IMG/VR virus record: IMGVR_UViG_3300029305_007860
DNA: 64,000 bases
DNA from: an uncultured virus (IMG/VR IMGVR_UViG_3300029305_007860)
Lineage: Duplodnaviria; Heunggongvirae; Uroviricota; Caudoviricetes
Strand: one strand, 5' to 3'
Below the pieces are notes generated by a model. It did not search any database. It was not told the DNA's origin and worked only from the letters and a program-made list of their open reading frames with translations. Position 1 is the first letter of the stretch. Every line of letters starts with the position of its first letter. Of the stretch, positions 37,892-49,260 are shown one piece after another. A program made the position numbers and the translations under genes.

Positions 37892-40800
37892 TTATTCTGA
37901 GTCGTCCTTAACTAATCTTTTTTTATTTAATATTACCATTCCGCCAACTAAGAGACATCCCATAACACCCATAAGAGCTATTATAGGGATTATAGGGGAA
38001 TTATCTCCTGTTCTTGGAACATCTTTAACAACAACTGCCTGACTGTCGCTGTTAATATCCTCATGAAGACCTATTACTACTCCTTTATCAAGAGTATAAA
38101 TCTTTTCAAAAACAACTAATGTCTTCTCATTAAGACCTGTAGTATCAAAAGTAAATTCTACATTTACAGTTCCATCTTGAGTTTCAGGTGTGAATTCAAC
38201 CTTTGACGTAATATTCTTTCCGTCTTTAGTAACTGCTGGCATATTGGTTGAACGGTCATAAATAATACCTTCAACAACATAAGTCTCTCCTGCTGTTAAA
38301 TTCTCATAACCAATTTCATCTACAACTGTTACAACTGAATTAACCGGAACCTCTTTAACTCCACCGTCTTTATTAGTAGCTTTGGTACAAAGCTTAGGGA
38401 AATTAATACTCTGGTCCTTGTTGTTTATGTCAGCATGAGTAAAGATGAGTAAGTCATCATAATACATGTACTCATAACATACTATTGTTTTACCCTGTAA
38501 AGATGATGCGTCAAATTTAAACTCAATATCTACTTCTCCTTCGGATTTCTCAGGAGTAAATGTAGTCTGTCCTCTAACTTCTTTTCCGTTATCAAGGAAC
38601 GGAACCGCTTTTCCATTCTCATCCGTAGTCATAAGAATACCTTTTATAGTGTATTCCTCGCCCGGAATAAGGTCTCTATAGAAGAATGTATCATAAATCA
38701 CAACTTCCTTGTCCGGATAAGCAGTATGAGAACCCGTCTCATCATCTCTAGCAGTAGTATGTCCGCTTGGAGCAGTCACAGTCTGGTATTCATCATTAAT
38801 ATCAGCATGAACAGCAAACTCTATATCATCGTAATAAACTGTTTCAAATGCAACGATATCTGAATATGTACCGTCTTCCTTTAATAACCCAGCCTTAATA
38901 CCATCGAATTTAAACTCTACTTCTACGACTCCACTTGTATTTTCAGGAGTAAATGTTACAGAAGCAGTAACTTCTTTATCATCATTCATTAATGGCTTGT
39001 TAGTGTCTTTATTCATAAGAACACCAACTATTTCATATTCCTCGCCCACAATAAGGTTTTCATAAACAACCGTATCAATAAGAGTAATATCGTCATCCAC
39101 ACATGTTAAGTGAATTTCTGTGTCTTTATCAACAAGGGTTGTCTTTAAATCAGGGAACTCTATAGTCTGCTCATCGTCGTTTATATCAGAATGAGTGGCA
39201 ACCTGTTTTCCGTTGTAATATATATCCTCAAATACTACCACAGATTTACCCTGTAATAAACTTGCATCAAACGTAAACTCAACTTCTACAGTACCTGAAG
39301 CCTTTTCAGCAACAAAAGTCTTAGATGAGGTAATCTTATTTCCTTCAGAATCAAGAAGTGGCTCTCCTGAAGACTTATCCATAATGGTACCCATTACTGT
39401 ATAAGTCTTACCATCTATAAGATTTTCATAAGATACTTTATCAACTATAGTAGTTTTCTTATTAGCCGGACTGATGTTTTCTCCAGTCACACTATCTTTT
39501 GCAGTTGTTCCAACCTCAGGGAAGTGAATACTCTGGTCTTCATCATTTATATCCACGTGTGAAGCATATAGCTTACCGTTATAATATAAGTTTTCAAAAA
39601 CAACGATTGTCTCTCCTGCAAGAAGAGATGCATTAAACGATGGGAATGTAACATCAACGCTTCCGTCCGGGTCCACAGGTGTAAAGTATTTAACAGCTGT
39701 AATCACGTTACCATTTTCATCAAGTAGAGCTTCTCCCGTAGCCTTGTCAATAAGCTTTCCTTCAAGCTTATACTCCTCTCCTACGCTGAGTCCCTGATAT
39801 TCAACGGTATCAACTACTACTACCTCTTCATCCGGGAATGCAAGATTGGTTTCGGTTCCAATATCCCATGCTTTTGTACTAAGACCGGCAAAATAACCTG
39901 TCTGATTAATATCTGTTATATCATCATGTTTTGCTATATAAGATGTACTAGCAATACTTCCATCTGGATTAAGGAAGGTATTTGACGATGTATCTCCTGC
40001 ATAAAGATATTCGTATATAACAAATGATTCTCCTTCAAAGCCTGTAGCATCGAAATTAAATTCTACATCTACTTCCCCACATTTTTCCTGTTTACTAGCC
40101 ACATAATTTGAATCTACAGTAAACACCTTGCATGATATGATGAATTTTCCATCATTATCTTTTAATGCTTCTCCTGTAGCCTTATCTACAAGAATTCCCC
40201 ATGCTGTATATTTCTTTCCGGCTGTCAGATACTTATAAGAAATAGTATCAACCACAGTTACATCATTATCCGCGATGGACATATGTGTATTGGATTCTTT
40301 ATCCCATTCAGTTGTACTGATTTCCGGTACAGGAACATTAGATATTGTTCCGGCTGAAGCTGTCACTCCATCTTCTGTTACGGTAAATTCATATGGTACT
40401 ATAAGCTGTAATCCTTCATTTGCCGTACATGGAAGCTCTTCTAATCGGTATGTACCATAAGGTAAAGCTCCTACATTATCATCAACTGTAACCGCTGTTT
40501 CTGAACCCGAGAACCATATTCCTGTCTGGTTAAGACCGTCATAATGTCCGTCTGCATCAGGTACCGCATTATCGTTTCCGTTTGTATTGGTACTGTGTGC
40601 TATTGTTTCGGTACTAAACGCACCATTTGAATCAGTTACAATAATATGACTTTCTACCACATTTCCATCATCATCAAGATACGAAAGTCTAAATGGAATT
40701 TTAGACATTGTCTGTCTTGTCTCGTAATTTACCTTCGTAAAGGTAAATCCGCCTCTCTCCGGATTCTCTGATACAAGTATCTCATGTCCTCCCTGTAACG

Positions 40801-43315
40801 ATGGGAGATTTCCGGTTGATGAGGTTATCTGTCTTATATACAATCCGTTTACCGCTGTATTTCCTTCGGTATCTGTTAATGTACAGTCAGCCTTATATCC
40901 GTCCGGTGCCTTCGTCTCTTCTATTGTGATTGTTCCGAGGGGAAGATAGGCTTTTCCTGTGCTGTCTAAATACAATGCATCACCGCTGACTTTGTACTTA
41001 TCTTCTAAACCACATCTATAAAAATCGTATGTTGCGTTGTATTGTGTTTCCAGAACCCACGTTCTTTCCGGATTAGCAGGAAGACTCTGAACTGTGTCAT
41101 AATAACCTGCATAATACTTAATGGTAAACTGTGCTCCTGCAAGGGAAGGACCTGCCTTCACATTTCCCTCTGAATCCTCTTTATAAATCTGAATAACAAC
41201 AGGGTCATTTCCCGGCTTATCCTTAACGGTAACCACCTGTTTCTCCGAATAATTATCCGAAGTTATCTGAATATATGTAGGATTAGGGTTAAGCTCGTAA
41301 GACCCGTTATCCGGAGCTTTTGTTTCCTTAATCATGTACCAGCCAAGAGGAAGCTCTGAAAGGGTTGTCTTAGTGAGGTCTGTTCCTGTAGCATCTGCCT
41401 CAGAAGAATTGTACTTTGAATATGTAACAACTCCCGTACCTGCATCATCAGCACCCTTGTTATCCGCTATTCTGAACTTTCCTACCCTGTCAGCTGTGGA
41501 AGTGTCTGCCTGTGATGTAACGGCATATACTTCATATTCCGCTCCTGTTAAATCATAACAGCTGTTATCATCTGTCACTTCCGGATATAATGATACTTTA
41601 ATAAGTCCCATCGAACCTGTCTTTAACTCTGATGCATAAAGGGTTGAAGAAAGGGATGCAGACTGGTTGTAATTGCCAACTACAACGTCCTGATATCCGC
41701 TTGCCCTAAATATTCTTCCGACCGGAATGAAAAGCTCTCCGTTTGTCATTCCGGCAACCATGGCTGTTCCTGACTCTACATTAAGGTCTAACACCTTACC
41801 GTCAGTAAGTTCAGAATAAGGTATTGTAATGTATGCATCCTGATAAAAGCTCTTTCCAAGCCACGCCGTACCGTCGACGGGGTCAACAAGGTTTACATCA
41901 TTATTAGATAATCCATGATATTCCACGGATATATTTCTTACCGTATTACTGCTTCCCTCAGATACTGTAAAGTAGTCATAGTATCCGTTTTTGGAAGTGT
42001 CAAAGTTGCAAGTAGTCTCAGTTGTGTGGGAATATGAAATATTACCTGTTGTTCCCGATGCCGATGCGGATTTAAGAAGCTGAGTCTCTACTCCTGTGCT
42101 TTCAAGACGAACACAGATTTCTACATTTCCTGAAGAATCTTTGTATGGTGACCAGTCAAAGTCACCATTCTGGGAACCGGTTGGAAGTCCCTCACTCCAG
42201 CTTCCGTCTGACTTCTTTACCCAGTACGTATATTTTATAGACTTATTCTTCTGAGATGCCTGATTTCCTGCATCAAGACCTTCCCAATAATTGCCTGTTG
42301 CCACTGCCTGATTGTAAACATAATCAGCAAGCTCTACCAAATATTCATAACATGCATTAACGGATGTCGTATGTGCCGGATTAACCTTACTTTCTACGGA
42401 AGATATATCGCTTCCTGATGCCTTGTGTATCGCAGTAGCACATACCGCCGCCGCTTCTGCCTCTGTCATTTCATAAAACGCACCTGCGACCATCAATCCT
42501 TGCTTTGCTACGCCATCAATGACATATACTCCATAGGTACCCCCATAATCAAGGTCTCTTCCTGTCCCAATTCCGAAAAACTGATATGCGTTAGCTGAAC
42601 CAGAACCGCCCGAGTAAGCAAACGGCATAATGCCCTGATATTTCATCGTTTTCTTACCTTCGGCAGTCGAAAAATCAGTTTCAAATACTTCTGTAAATAC
42701 AGTAGATGTTGTCGGAGCCGGTTCGGTAGGTTCAGCACAATATACACTAGGAACTTCTCCGTCATCAGATACAAAATATAAAAATGAATGATTCTCGTTC
42801 CAATATGAGCCTGTTCCACCGAGCACCTGACTGATGTAACTATACGAGTTGCCTCCTATTGTCCATGAATAAGAAGAAACACTTCCTCTGTCCGCATTAA
42901 TTTCATGAACCACAGGTATATCCTCCTGAATAAATACCTGTACACCCTGACTTTCTATATCTTGTCCTTCTGTTTCTGAAATCAGCGTTGTTTCCTCAGT
43001 GCTATTTTCCGTACTTATCTCTTCTGTTGTAATTTCCTCTGCTGTTTCTTCCTGTGTTTCCGTTTCCTCCGTTGTTACCTCCTCTGTAGATAACTCAAGA
43101 ATTTCTTCCGAATCCGATTCCTCTGTCGAGACAGCTTCCGTAGTTACTTCTGTTGTCTCTTCTACGGAAAGTCCTGTTTCGGATTCCGTTGTCTCTGCCT
43201 CCGTATAGTTACCGGGGGCGACTTTTTCCAGCGAATTACTTACATTATTTAGTGGCGTAACACTCATTATCGCACTTATTATTAATGCAAGAATACGGGT
43301 TTTCAATTTTGTCAT
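37892..43315 (-). CDS. Sortase-anchored adhesin with putative thioester, SpaA/CnaB and six T-Q ester (VaFE) domains
   Basis: Signal peptide from MTKLK, Glu/Thr linker, VYCAEP, GAEY/GAQF..ETKAPD, six HxDIxxxxQ motifs, VPRTG + TM + basic tail. Confidence 0.88.
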   Translation of the reverse strand: MTKLKTRILALIISAIMSVTPLNNVSNSLEKVAPGNYTEAETTESETGLSVEETTEVTTEAVSTEESDSEEILELSTEEVTTEETETQEETAEEITTEEISTENSTEETTLISETEGQDIESQGVQVFIQEDIPVVHEINADRGSVSSYSWTIGGNSYSYISQVLGGTGSYWNENHSFLYFVSDDGEVPSVYCAEPTEPAPTTSTVFTEVFETDFSTAEGKKTMKYQGIMPFAYSGGSGSANAYQFFGIGTGRDLDYGGTYGVYVIDGVAKQGLMVAGAFYEMTEAEAAAVCATAIHKASGSDISSVESKVNPAHTTSVNACYEYLVELADYVYNQAVATGNYWEGLDAGNQASQKNKSIKYTYWVKKSDGSWSEGLPTGSQNGDFDWSPYKDSSGNVEICVRLESTGVETQLLKSASASGTTGNISYSHTTETTCNFDTSKNGYYDYFTVSEGSSNTVRNISVEYHGLSNNDVNLVDPVDGTAWLGKSFYQDAYITIPYSELTDGKVLDLNVESGTAMVAGMTNGELFIPVGRIFRASGYQDVVVGNYNQSASLSSTLYASELKTGSMGLIKVSLYPEVTDDNSCYDLTGAEYEVYAVTSQADTSTADRVGKFRIADNKGADDAGTGVVTYSKYNSSEADATGTDLTKTTLSELPLGWYMIKETKAPDNGSYELNPNPTYIQITSDNYSEKQVVTVKDKPGNDPVVIQIYKEDSEGNVKAGPSLAGAQFTIKYYAGYYDTVQSLPANPERTWVLETQYNATYDFYRCGLEDKYKVSGDALYLDSTGKAYLPLGTITIEETKAPDGYKADCTLTDTEGNTAVNGLYIRQITSSTGNLPSLQGGHEILVSENPERGGFTFTKVNYETRQTMSKIPFRLSYLDDDGNVVESHIIVTDSNGAFSTETIAHSTNTNGNDNAVPDADGHYDGLNQTGIWFSGSETAVTVDDNVGALPYGTYRLEELPCTANEGLQLIVPYEFTVTEDGVTASAGTISNVPVPEISTTEWDKESNTHMSIADNDVTVVDTISYKYLTAGKKYTAWGILVDKATGEALKDNDGKFIISCKVFTVDSNYVASKQEKCGEVDVEFNFDATGFEGESFVIYEYLYAGDTSSNTFLNPDGSIASTSYIAKHDDITDINQTGYFAGLSTKAWDIGTETNLAFPDEEVVVVDTVEYQGLSVGEEYKLEGKLIDKATGEALLDENGNVITAVKYFTPVDPDGSVDVTFPSFNASLLAGETIVVFENLYYNGKLYASHVDINDEDQSIHFPEVGTTAKDSVTGENISPANKKTTIVDKVSYENLIDGKTYTVMGTIMDKSSGEPLLDSEGNKITSSKTFVAEKASGTVEVEFTFDASLLQGKSVVVFEDIYYNGKQVATHSDINDDEQTIEFPDLKTTLVDKDTEIHLTCVDDDITLIDTVVYENLIVGEEYEIVGVLMNKDTNKPLMNDDKEVTASVTFTPENTSGVVEVEFKFDGIKAGLLKEDGTYSDIVAFETVYYDDIEFAVHADINDEYQTVTAPSGHTTARDDETGSHTAYPDKEVVIYDTFFYRDLIPGEEYTIKGILMTTDENGKAVPFLDNGKEVRGQTTFTPEKSEGEVDIEFKFDASSLQGKTIVCYEYMYYDDLLIFTHADINNKDQSINFPKLCTKATNKDGGVKEVPVNSVVTVVDEIGYENLTAGETYVVEGIIYDRSTNMPAVTKDGKNITSKVEFTPETQDGTVNVEFTFDTTGLNEKTLVVFEKIYTLDKGVVIGLHEDINSDSQAVVVKDVPRTGDNSPIIPIIALMGVMGCLLVGGMVILNKKRLVKDDSE

Positions 43316-43563
43316 TCTTTTTACTCTTCCTTTCCTTTTTATTTTTGCTGTTATTCCTGCCGTATCAGGCTTTTTACAGCAAGCAAAGTATAACATATTT
43401 GGTAATTACTTACAATACAGAAAATACGGTTTTCATATATTAAATTTTTGTTTTTACTATTTTTATTTTTAAATTATGATATCTTTGGTTTATTAAAAAT
43501 AATATATAGATTTTTGTAAGTTTTTATTTTATAATTATATAAAACAATAAAAGGGGGAATTGT

Positions 43564-44376
43564 ATGATAGAAGCTGTTTTGACTAACTATGATACCTTAA
43601 TTCAAATTTTCACTAATATTTTTGTGATTATTGGTGGATTTGTTGCTATATGGCAATATAGTTTAAATGTTAAAATCAATAAAGACGCCAAGAAAAAAGA
43701 AATCGAATTAAGGGAAAAAGAATTGTATCACCGGGATAAAGAAAAAATAACCAAAGCTATTGATTTAGCCGGTTATTATAAGGATTACATTCTTCCAAAT
43801 GTTAGAAAATTGAAGAATATCTATACAGAAACTGAGATATATAATATTATTCACACAATTCCAATTAAAAACATGGAACATTTTGACGCCATAGAACTTA
43901 ATGATAATTTAACTCCTCTTCAGATAGAAGAAATAAAAGAAAAAGGTAAACCCTATCATTTTGATACCGCATTAAAAAGCGAAGGTGTAGCCATAGGATT
44001 AAGTGACGAAAAAACAATTACTAATTCTTCGAATTATTCTGATACAAATACGGACAAAGCTTCCGAATATGCATATCTGGTAATTGGAACATTGAATAGT
44101 TTGGAGTATTTTTCGATGTATTTTGTACATAATGTGGCGGACCACACTGTTGTATATCAGTCTTTACATATGACTTTTTTAGAGGCTGTAAGAATGTTGT
44201 ATTATGATATAGCATCAGCTAATACAAATGGCGAAAGCAAGTATTATGTTAATACTATTGAACTATTTAATATATGGAATAAAACATCTGAAGTTCAAAA
44301 ATTACAAGAAGTAGAAAATACAAGAAATATGATAAACATAGGGAAAATACTTCAAGAAACCACAAAAAAAGAGTAA
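43564..44376 (+). CDS. DUF4760-like membrane protein, paralog B
   Basis: One TM; LNSLEYFSM..ADHTVVYQSLH, IELFNIW. Confidence 0.7.
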   Translation: MIEAVLTNYDTLIQIFTNIFVIIGGFVAIWQYSLNVKINKDAKKKEIELREKELYHRDKEKITKAIDLAGYYKDYILPNVRKLKNIYTETEIYNIIHTIPIKNMEHFDAIELNDNLTPLQIEEIKEKGKPYHFDTALKSEGVAIGLSDEKTITNSSNYSDTNTDKASEYAYLVIGTLNSLEYFSMYFVHNVADHTVVYQSLHMTFLEAVRMLYYDIASANTNGESKYYVNTIELFNIWNKTSEVQKLQEVENTRNMINIGKILQETTKKE

Positions 44377-44674
44377 CTATTTACTATTTGACATTTTTAT
44401 AATTATGATTTATTATATAATTGTAGCAGAAAACTCAACTTAGATGGAGGGAACAGATATGGTATAATTTTTCGAATCCATTAAAAAACATATTTACTTT
44501 CAGTGATAATATTATATAAATACCAAGAACCAAGAAACGCTATACTTGTTTTTCTTGGTTCTTTTTGTATATTCAAAGCATAGAAAACCACTACCCCTAA
44601 TATTATCATTATTTTTATTATTTTACTGACTTCAAATCGTAAACTTTATTATCAATCATACTCTACAATCGAAT

Positions 44675-44998
44675 TTACAACTTTCTCAATTCAGTGCCTG
44701 ATACACCAGTCGACATTGCAGGTTCAATTTCCTTAATTCCCCATAACGCATAAGACAAAATTGATGTGGCTTGTAATAATTCTTCGGCTAATTCTGGGTT
44801 ATTTTGTTTCGCAGTTTCGTAAACATTTACAAGCTTAATATTCATTTCCCCTAGTAAACGAACTGCATCTTGCCTATTTATAGTGTCATTTCTTCCCATT
44901 GAACCACACGGATTATAATCACTATAGTCCTTATGTATCTGCCATCTTCCTTTTTCTATTTTTACCTCTGACTTGTCAGCTAACATTTTCTCAAACAT
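44675..44998 (-). CDS. Hypothetical protein
   Basis: 107-aa ORF, GAGGAGG RBS. Confidence 0.65.
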   Translation of the reverse strand: MFEKMLADKSEVKIEKGRWQIHKDYSDYNPCGSMGRNDTINRQDAVRLLGEMNIKLVNVYETAKQNNPELAEELLQATSILSYALWGIKEIEPAMSTGVSGTELRKL

Positions 44999-45056
44999 TA
45001 TTGTTCCTCCTCTTCTCGTCGTTAATCATTTTATATATACTATCATGTGTAAATGA

Positions 45057-45458
45057 TTATGTTATTTCAGTAGTCTTTGGTGGCTTAGAAGTTTCTGTGG
45101 TTGTGTTTGAACCAGTAGGCTTCTTTTCTTCTGTTGTTTTCTCGGTAGTTACTGCATCTGGCTTTTCTGTAGTACCAGTAGGTTTCTCGGTAGTCTTCTC
45201 TTCTGTTGTTGAATTATCTTCTGTAGAAGTTGTGCTATTTTCTATAACCTCTTCAGTAGAGCCGACATTTTCTGTCTTATCAGCAGAGGTTGAAGTTTCG
45301 ACTGAAGCTTCCTGAGAGCCGTTTTCGGTATTCTTATTCTTGTTCTGACAACCCATACAGATGACTGCTACTAAACAGATGAGTGAAGCGATAAGTACCA
45401 CCATTCTTGTGAATTTTTTCTTTGTTTCGTTGTTGTTCATTTTCTTCATAAAAATCAT
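45057..45458 (-). pseudogene. Truncated Thr/Glu-rich lipoprotein paralog
   Basis: Near-identical to the first ~125 aa of 62958-63731 (ICMGC lipobox) but stops within the linker. Confidence 0.7.
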
Positions 45459-45726
45459 CTCCTAACTATTATCTAAAAACATCATATACATTGTACTCCT
45501 TTGTTTAAAATAATACTACTACTTTTATTTGTATTTATTATGACATATTACAATCAATTAATCAATAAAAATAGAAAAATAATTAAATATGTTATGTTTG
45601 GGTATTTAAAAATATTCTAATTTATTCTGGATTTGTAAGACACCACGCTATAATATAGGATAATATCATATATTATCAGGCAAAAAAAATAAGAACAGAT
45701 TTTACAATCTGTTCTTGCTATATTTT

Positions 45727-46629
45727 TTATAGTTGAAACAAAAAAAATAAAATCAACCCAATAAAAAGTAAATCTATGAATATAATAGGTAACGTAAAGC
45801 AATTTGACTTCTTTCCTGAAGTTCTTATTCTTTCGATAAACATAAACATCACAGCCATCAAATTGATAACTACGAATCCCACAACACAACAACTTATTAA
45901 GAGATTGTAGATTTCATCCTTTTTTATTTGTGATAACGCTTCTAACGATGAACCTGAAAAAGAAATACCTCCAAATACTGTAATTACCACAGCAGAAAAA
46001 ATACTCATCAATGTTACGTTTGATTCAGTGAGTTTCTTAACTGTTTCTTCCATTTTTTCTTTAACGTTGTTTTCGACTTCGGTTTTTGCAAAATCTTTAA
46101 TAAAAGGTTTTCCATGGCTTTCAAATGCAATTTCTGCATTTATTTTTGCTATTTTGCCTGCATCCTCTATTATACTGTTTTTTATTTCTTGAGAACGTAT
46201 ATCATAAAAACTTTCAAAAAGTCTATAATGTTCACTTATTTCATTGATTGCTTCAAATGCTCTGTTTATAATTTCGGGAATAGCTTTATCGAGTATTGTC
46301 TGATATTCTACTTCAAAAAATTCTTTATATTCTTTTAATTCGGTTCCTGAATCAAAACCAAACAACGAAATAGTATTATTACTTTTAGAATATCTTTCTT
46401 TAATTTTTTTGCAGACATAAATATAGTTATCTATGTCTGAATTAATATAACACAATCCTTCTTCTATATCTGCGTTTTCTAAAATATCTATTTCTTCTTC
46501 TGTTAAACTCTTAATATATTTTGTTGCTTTATCAATCTCTATCTCATCTTTATATATTAATATATTTATATCAAAATCATTTAATAAATTACGTAAACTT
46601 CTTTTTTTTCGACCGTCACTGTCATCCAT
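45727..46629 (-). CDS. Hypothetical protein with three C-terminal TMs (candidate toxin/effector)
   Basis: Directly downstream of the Panacea-like gene; coiled region then hydrophobic helices. Confidence 0.6.
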   Translation of the reverse strand: MDDSDGRKKRSLRNLLNDFDINILIYKDEIEIDKATKYIKSLTEEEIDILENADIEEGLCYINSDIDNYIYVCKKIKERYSKSNNTISLFGFDSGTELKEYKEFFEVEYQTILDKAIPEIINRAFEAINEISEHYRLFESFYDIRSQEIKNSIIEDAGKIAKINAEIAFESHGKPFIKDFAKTEVENNVKEKMEETVKKLTESNVTLMSIFSAVVITVFGGISFSGSSLEALSQIKKDEIYNLLISCCVVGFVVINLMAVMFMFIERIRTSGKKSNCFTLPIIFIDLLFIGLILFFLFQL

Positions 46630-46635
46630 TATAAG

Positions 46636-47304
46636 TTACTCCTTTTTCTTTGGTTTAAATAAATATTGAATTAAAACATTATCTTTTTCTTCTTTGTCAA
46701 AGTCGTTGTATTCTAATAAATATATCTGATTTATATTAATGGTTTTATCTTCATTTATAACATTACTCTTTTTTATTATTGGCATTATAAGTTTTCCTAA
46801 TCCGGGAGCTTTATATGCTCCAAATTTTCTAAATACCTCTTCTATGGTTTTTCTTACATCTTGAGGAATATCTTTAAATCTACCATCTTCTTCTATTGGG
46901 TCACATATGTTTTCCTCATTATCACTATATTCATATTCTCTGTATATATCCCTACCTACTAAACGTAATAATTCTCCAAATGTGGTACCACAATTTTCAT
47001 ATTCTAATACTTCTTCTAAAAATAATCTTTTATTCTGTCTAGCATAAACAAATGCTACAATAGACAATAATTTCCCTATCTTTGTACGTGTACAAGAATA
47101 TCTTCTGTCTGTCGCTTCGAATAAGCTTATTAAATAATTTGTTGCTTCTATAAAATCAATATCTAATGGCTCCATTATTTCCTCTTTAGTAAAAATACAA
47201 CACTCTGGCTTTAGAGCTTCTTTACCATTTGTTGCTTTATATACCTCCACTTTTATTTTATATAAAATATTTTCAAATATATCATGTTTTTCATTAATTA
47301 TCAA
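46636..47304 (-). CDS. Panacea/SocA (DUF4065)-like antitoxin
   Basis: ATNYLI..TRTKIGKLL...Y....RLF.EEV..YENCG, IEEVFRKFGAYKA..L match the DUF4065 pattern in divergent form. Confidence 0.65.
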   Translation of the reverse strand: MIINEKHDIFENILYKIKVEVYKATNGKEALKPECCIFTKEEIMEPLDIDFIEATNYLISLFEATDRRYSCTRTKIGKLLSIVAFVYARQNKRLFLEEVLEYENCGTTFGELLRLVGRDIYREYEYSDNEENICDPIEEDGRFKDIPQDVRKTIEEVFRKFGAYKAPGLGKLIMPIIKKSNVINEDKTININQIYLLEYNDFDKEEKDNVLIQYLFKPKKKE

Positions 47305-47670
47305 TGCTTTTCCTCCATATTTTTACATAATTTGTCATATTTATCCAAATATGCCTCTGTATCTATTATTATATAATTTATATCTGTGAACCGAAGTCGA
47401 ATAATAGCAGAAAATTATAACTATTATTTTTAATTTATTAATTATATTAATATATGATTTGTTTTACATATTTTAACATTTATGATAGAATTATATCGTT
47501 ATATTTGTGTTTTTATCACTTTATAACTTTTTTTGACGTACCTTAACTATATGTTTCTAATACTTAATTTGTTATTATGGATTGTGGAGGAAACTATAAT
47601 GGGTACAATCATATATTTCACAAATTATTTACAACAATTATCTGAAAGAACAAAAGAAAAAGGTGTTATT

Positions 47671-48234
47671 ATGGGTCTGAGCAAAGAACGTATGTTAGAA
47701 ATCGAAAAAATAGCTGATAAAATTTTGGTCAAAACAAAATTTAAAGATAAACCATTTATTGATATTGTGTCTATAGTAAAAAAAGATGGTTTTACTGTAC
47801 AGCAGACAGAATTAGAAATGAACACAACGGGATGCCTACTTGTTAATGATTATAAAAAAGAACGATTAATAGTGGTTAATTCCTATTTTAAAGAATCGAA
47901 TGACGAAAAAGAGGTCATTTTGAAGAAAAGTAGATTCATAACTGCTCATGAATATGGTCATTACATATTACATAAACACGAAAGAAAATCAATATTTGCT
48001 CATAGAGATACGTATCATAAAACTGAAATCAAGGAACTTGAAGCAGATTATTTTGCCAGATGTATTCTTATGCCTATTTACAAATTTTTCATATCTTATG
48101 ATTTTTTAATGTCTGAATATAAAGATTCTGAATATGTTGTTACTTTTCTTTCTGATTACTTTAGAGTGACAAGAAAAAAAATTTTAGCCCGGATAGAAGA
48201 TATAAAAGAGTTAGGAATATATTATGGAGAATAA
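47671..48234 (+). CDS. ImmA/IrrE family metallopeptidase
   Basis: PFIDIVSI, RFITAHEYGHYILH, ELEADYFARCILMP. Confidence 0.88.
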   Translation: MGLSKERMLEIEKIADKILVKTKFKDKPFIDIVSIVKKDGFTVQQTELEMNTTGCLLVNDYKKERLIVVNSYFKESNDEKEVILKKSRFITAHEYGHYILHKHERKSIFAHRDTYHKTEIKELEADYFARCILMPIYKFFISYDFLMSEYKDSEYVVTFLSDYFRVTRKKILARIEDIKELGIYYGE

Positions 48235-48799
48235 ATACAGACACCTAAAAGATTATATATTAAAACTAGATAATGCCAATGAAGATAAAGAATACTATGA
48301 ATTATTAAGAGGTTCTGTAAAACTTCCTCTATCATCCGCAAAGACTATTTCAGTTAATAATGATGATATCTTTGGTGAAAATGCTTCTAAACAGATTGGT
48401 GACAGAGATGTAGAATACACAAAACTACTGTCTCACTTTGTTAAAATAACAAAAGTTAGAACTATATTACGCGAAATATTCAAATGGATATTTTATATAA
48501 CAATTATTTGTTCTGTTATAGCTGTTTCTGTAGTTACTATAAATATTGTAAATAAATTTATTAATGAAGCTACAATAAATGAATTAACCAAAGGAATTCC
48601 TTTATTAATCACTTCCCTAGTAGGGTTAATATCTACAATTATAGTCATTCCTCTTGTTATCACAAAATATCTGTTTAGCACAAAAGAAGACGATAACATA
48701 ACCTCCATAATACTTCACACTCAGGAACATGATACTACTGGAAGACAATGGGTAATGAAATATAAAAATAAAAATAACAACAAAAGAACACGTCAATAA
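48224..48799 (+). CDS. Two-TM protein coupled to the ImmA/IrrE gene
   Basis: Overlaps the peptidase stop; two hydrophobic helices, ITKYLFS. Confidence 0.7.
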   Translation: MENKYRHLKDYILKLDNANEDKEYYELLRGSVKLPLSSAKTISVNNDDIFGENASKQIGDRDVEYTKLLSHFVKITKVRTILREIFKWIFYITIICSVIAVSVVTINIVNKFINEATINELTKGIPLLITSLVGLISTIIVIPLVITKYLFSTKEDDNITSIILHTQEHDTTGRQWVMKYKNKNNNKRTRQ

Positions 48800-48889
48800 A
48801 ATTTTCTTCTCCTAGCTTGACTTATAATTGTGGAGAAAAAGGAAAAGATACCGTTTTTATGCGGTATCTTTTTTCATTCCTATGAGTTC

Positions 48890-49198
48890 TTAGTTCCCTA
48901 TTCCTAAATATCTCTTATATACATCCTTTTTGCTCAACTCTCCTGCTCCAAACTCATATATAAACAAGGGGTTAACCTGCTGAAAATATTTTTTACATAT
49001 ACTGCTTTCACGAATGAAATGAGGAATTTTGGGGCAATTTTGGATATCATATTTAACTGCTGACAACATATGTAGAAAAATCTCATCATCTAATAATACC
49101 TCTTCAGATTCTTCCCCCTTTTCAATTTTTTCTAACAAATAATCCAGAGCCATCCACTCATTATCATCTATTTCTTCAATATCAAATTTATAAAACAT
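48890..49198 (-). CDS. Hypothetical protein
   Basis: 102-aa ORF, GGAGG RBS. Confidence 0.6.
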   Translation of the reverse strand: MFYKFDIEEIDDNEWMALDYLLEKIEKGEESEEVLLDDEIFLHMLSAVKYDIQNCPKIPHFIRESSICKKYFQQVNPLFIYEFGAGELSKKDVYKRYLGIGN

Positions 49199-49260
49199 CT
49201 CTGTTTTCCTCCGTTTCTTTTATTTGTAATTTATATAATAATATCACATATTATAATATA

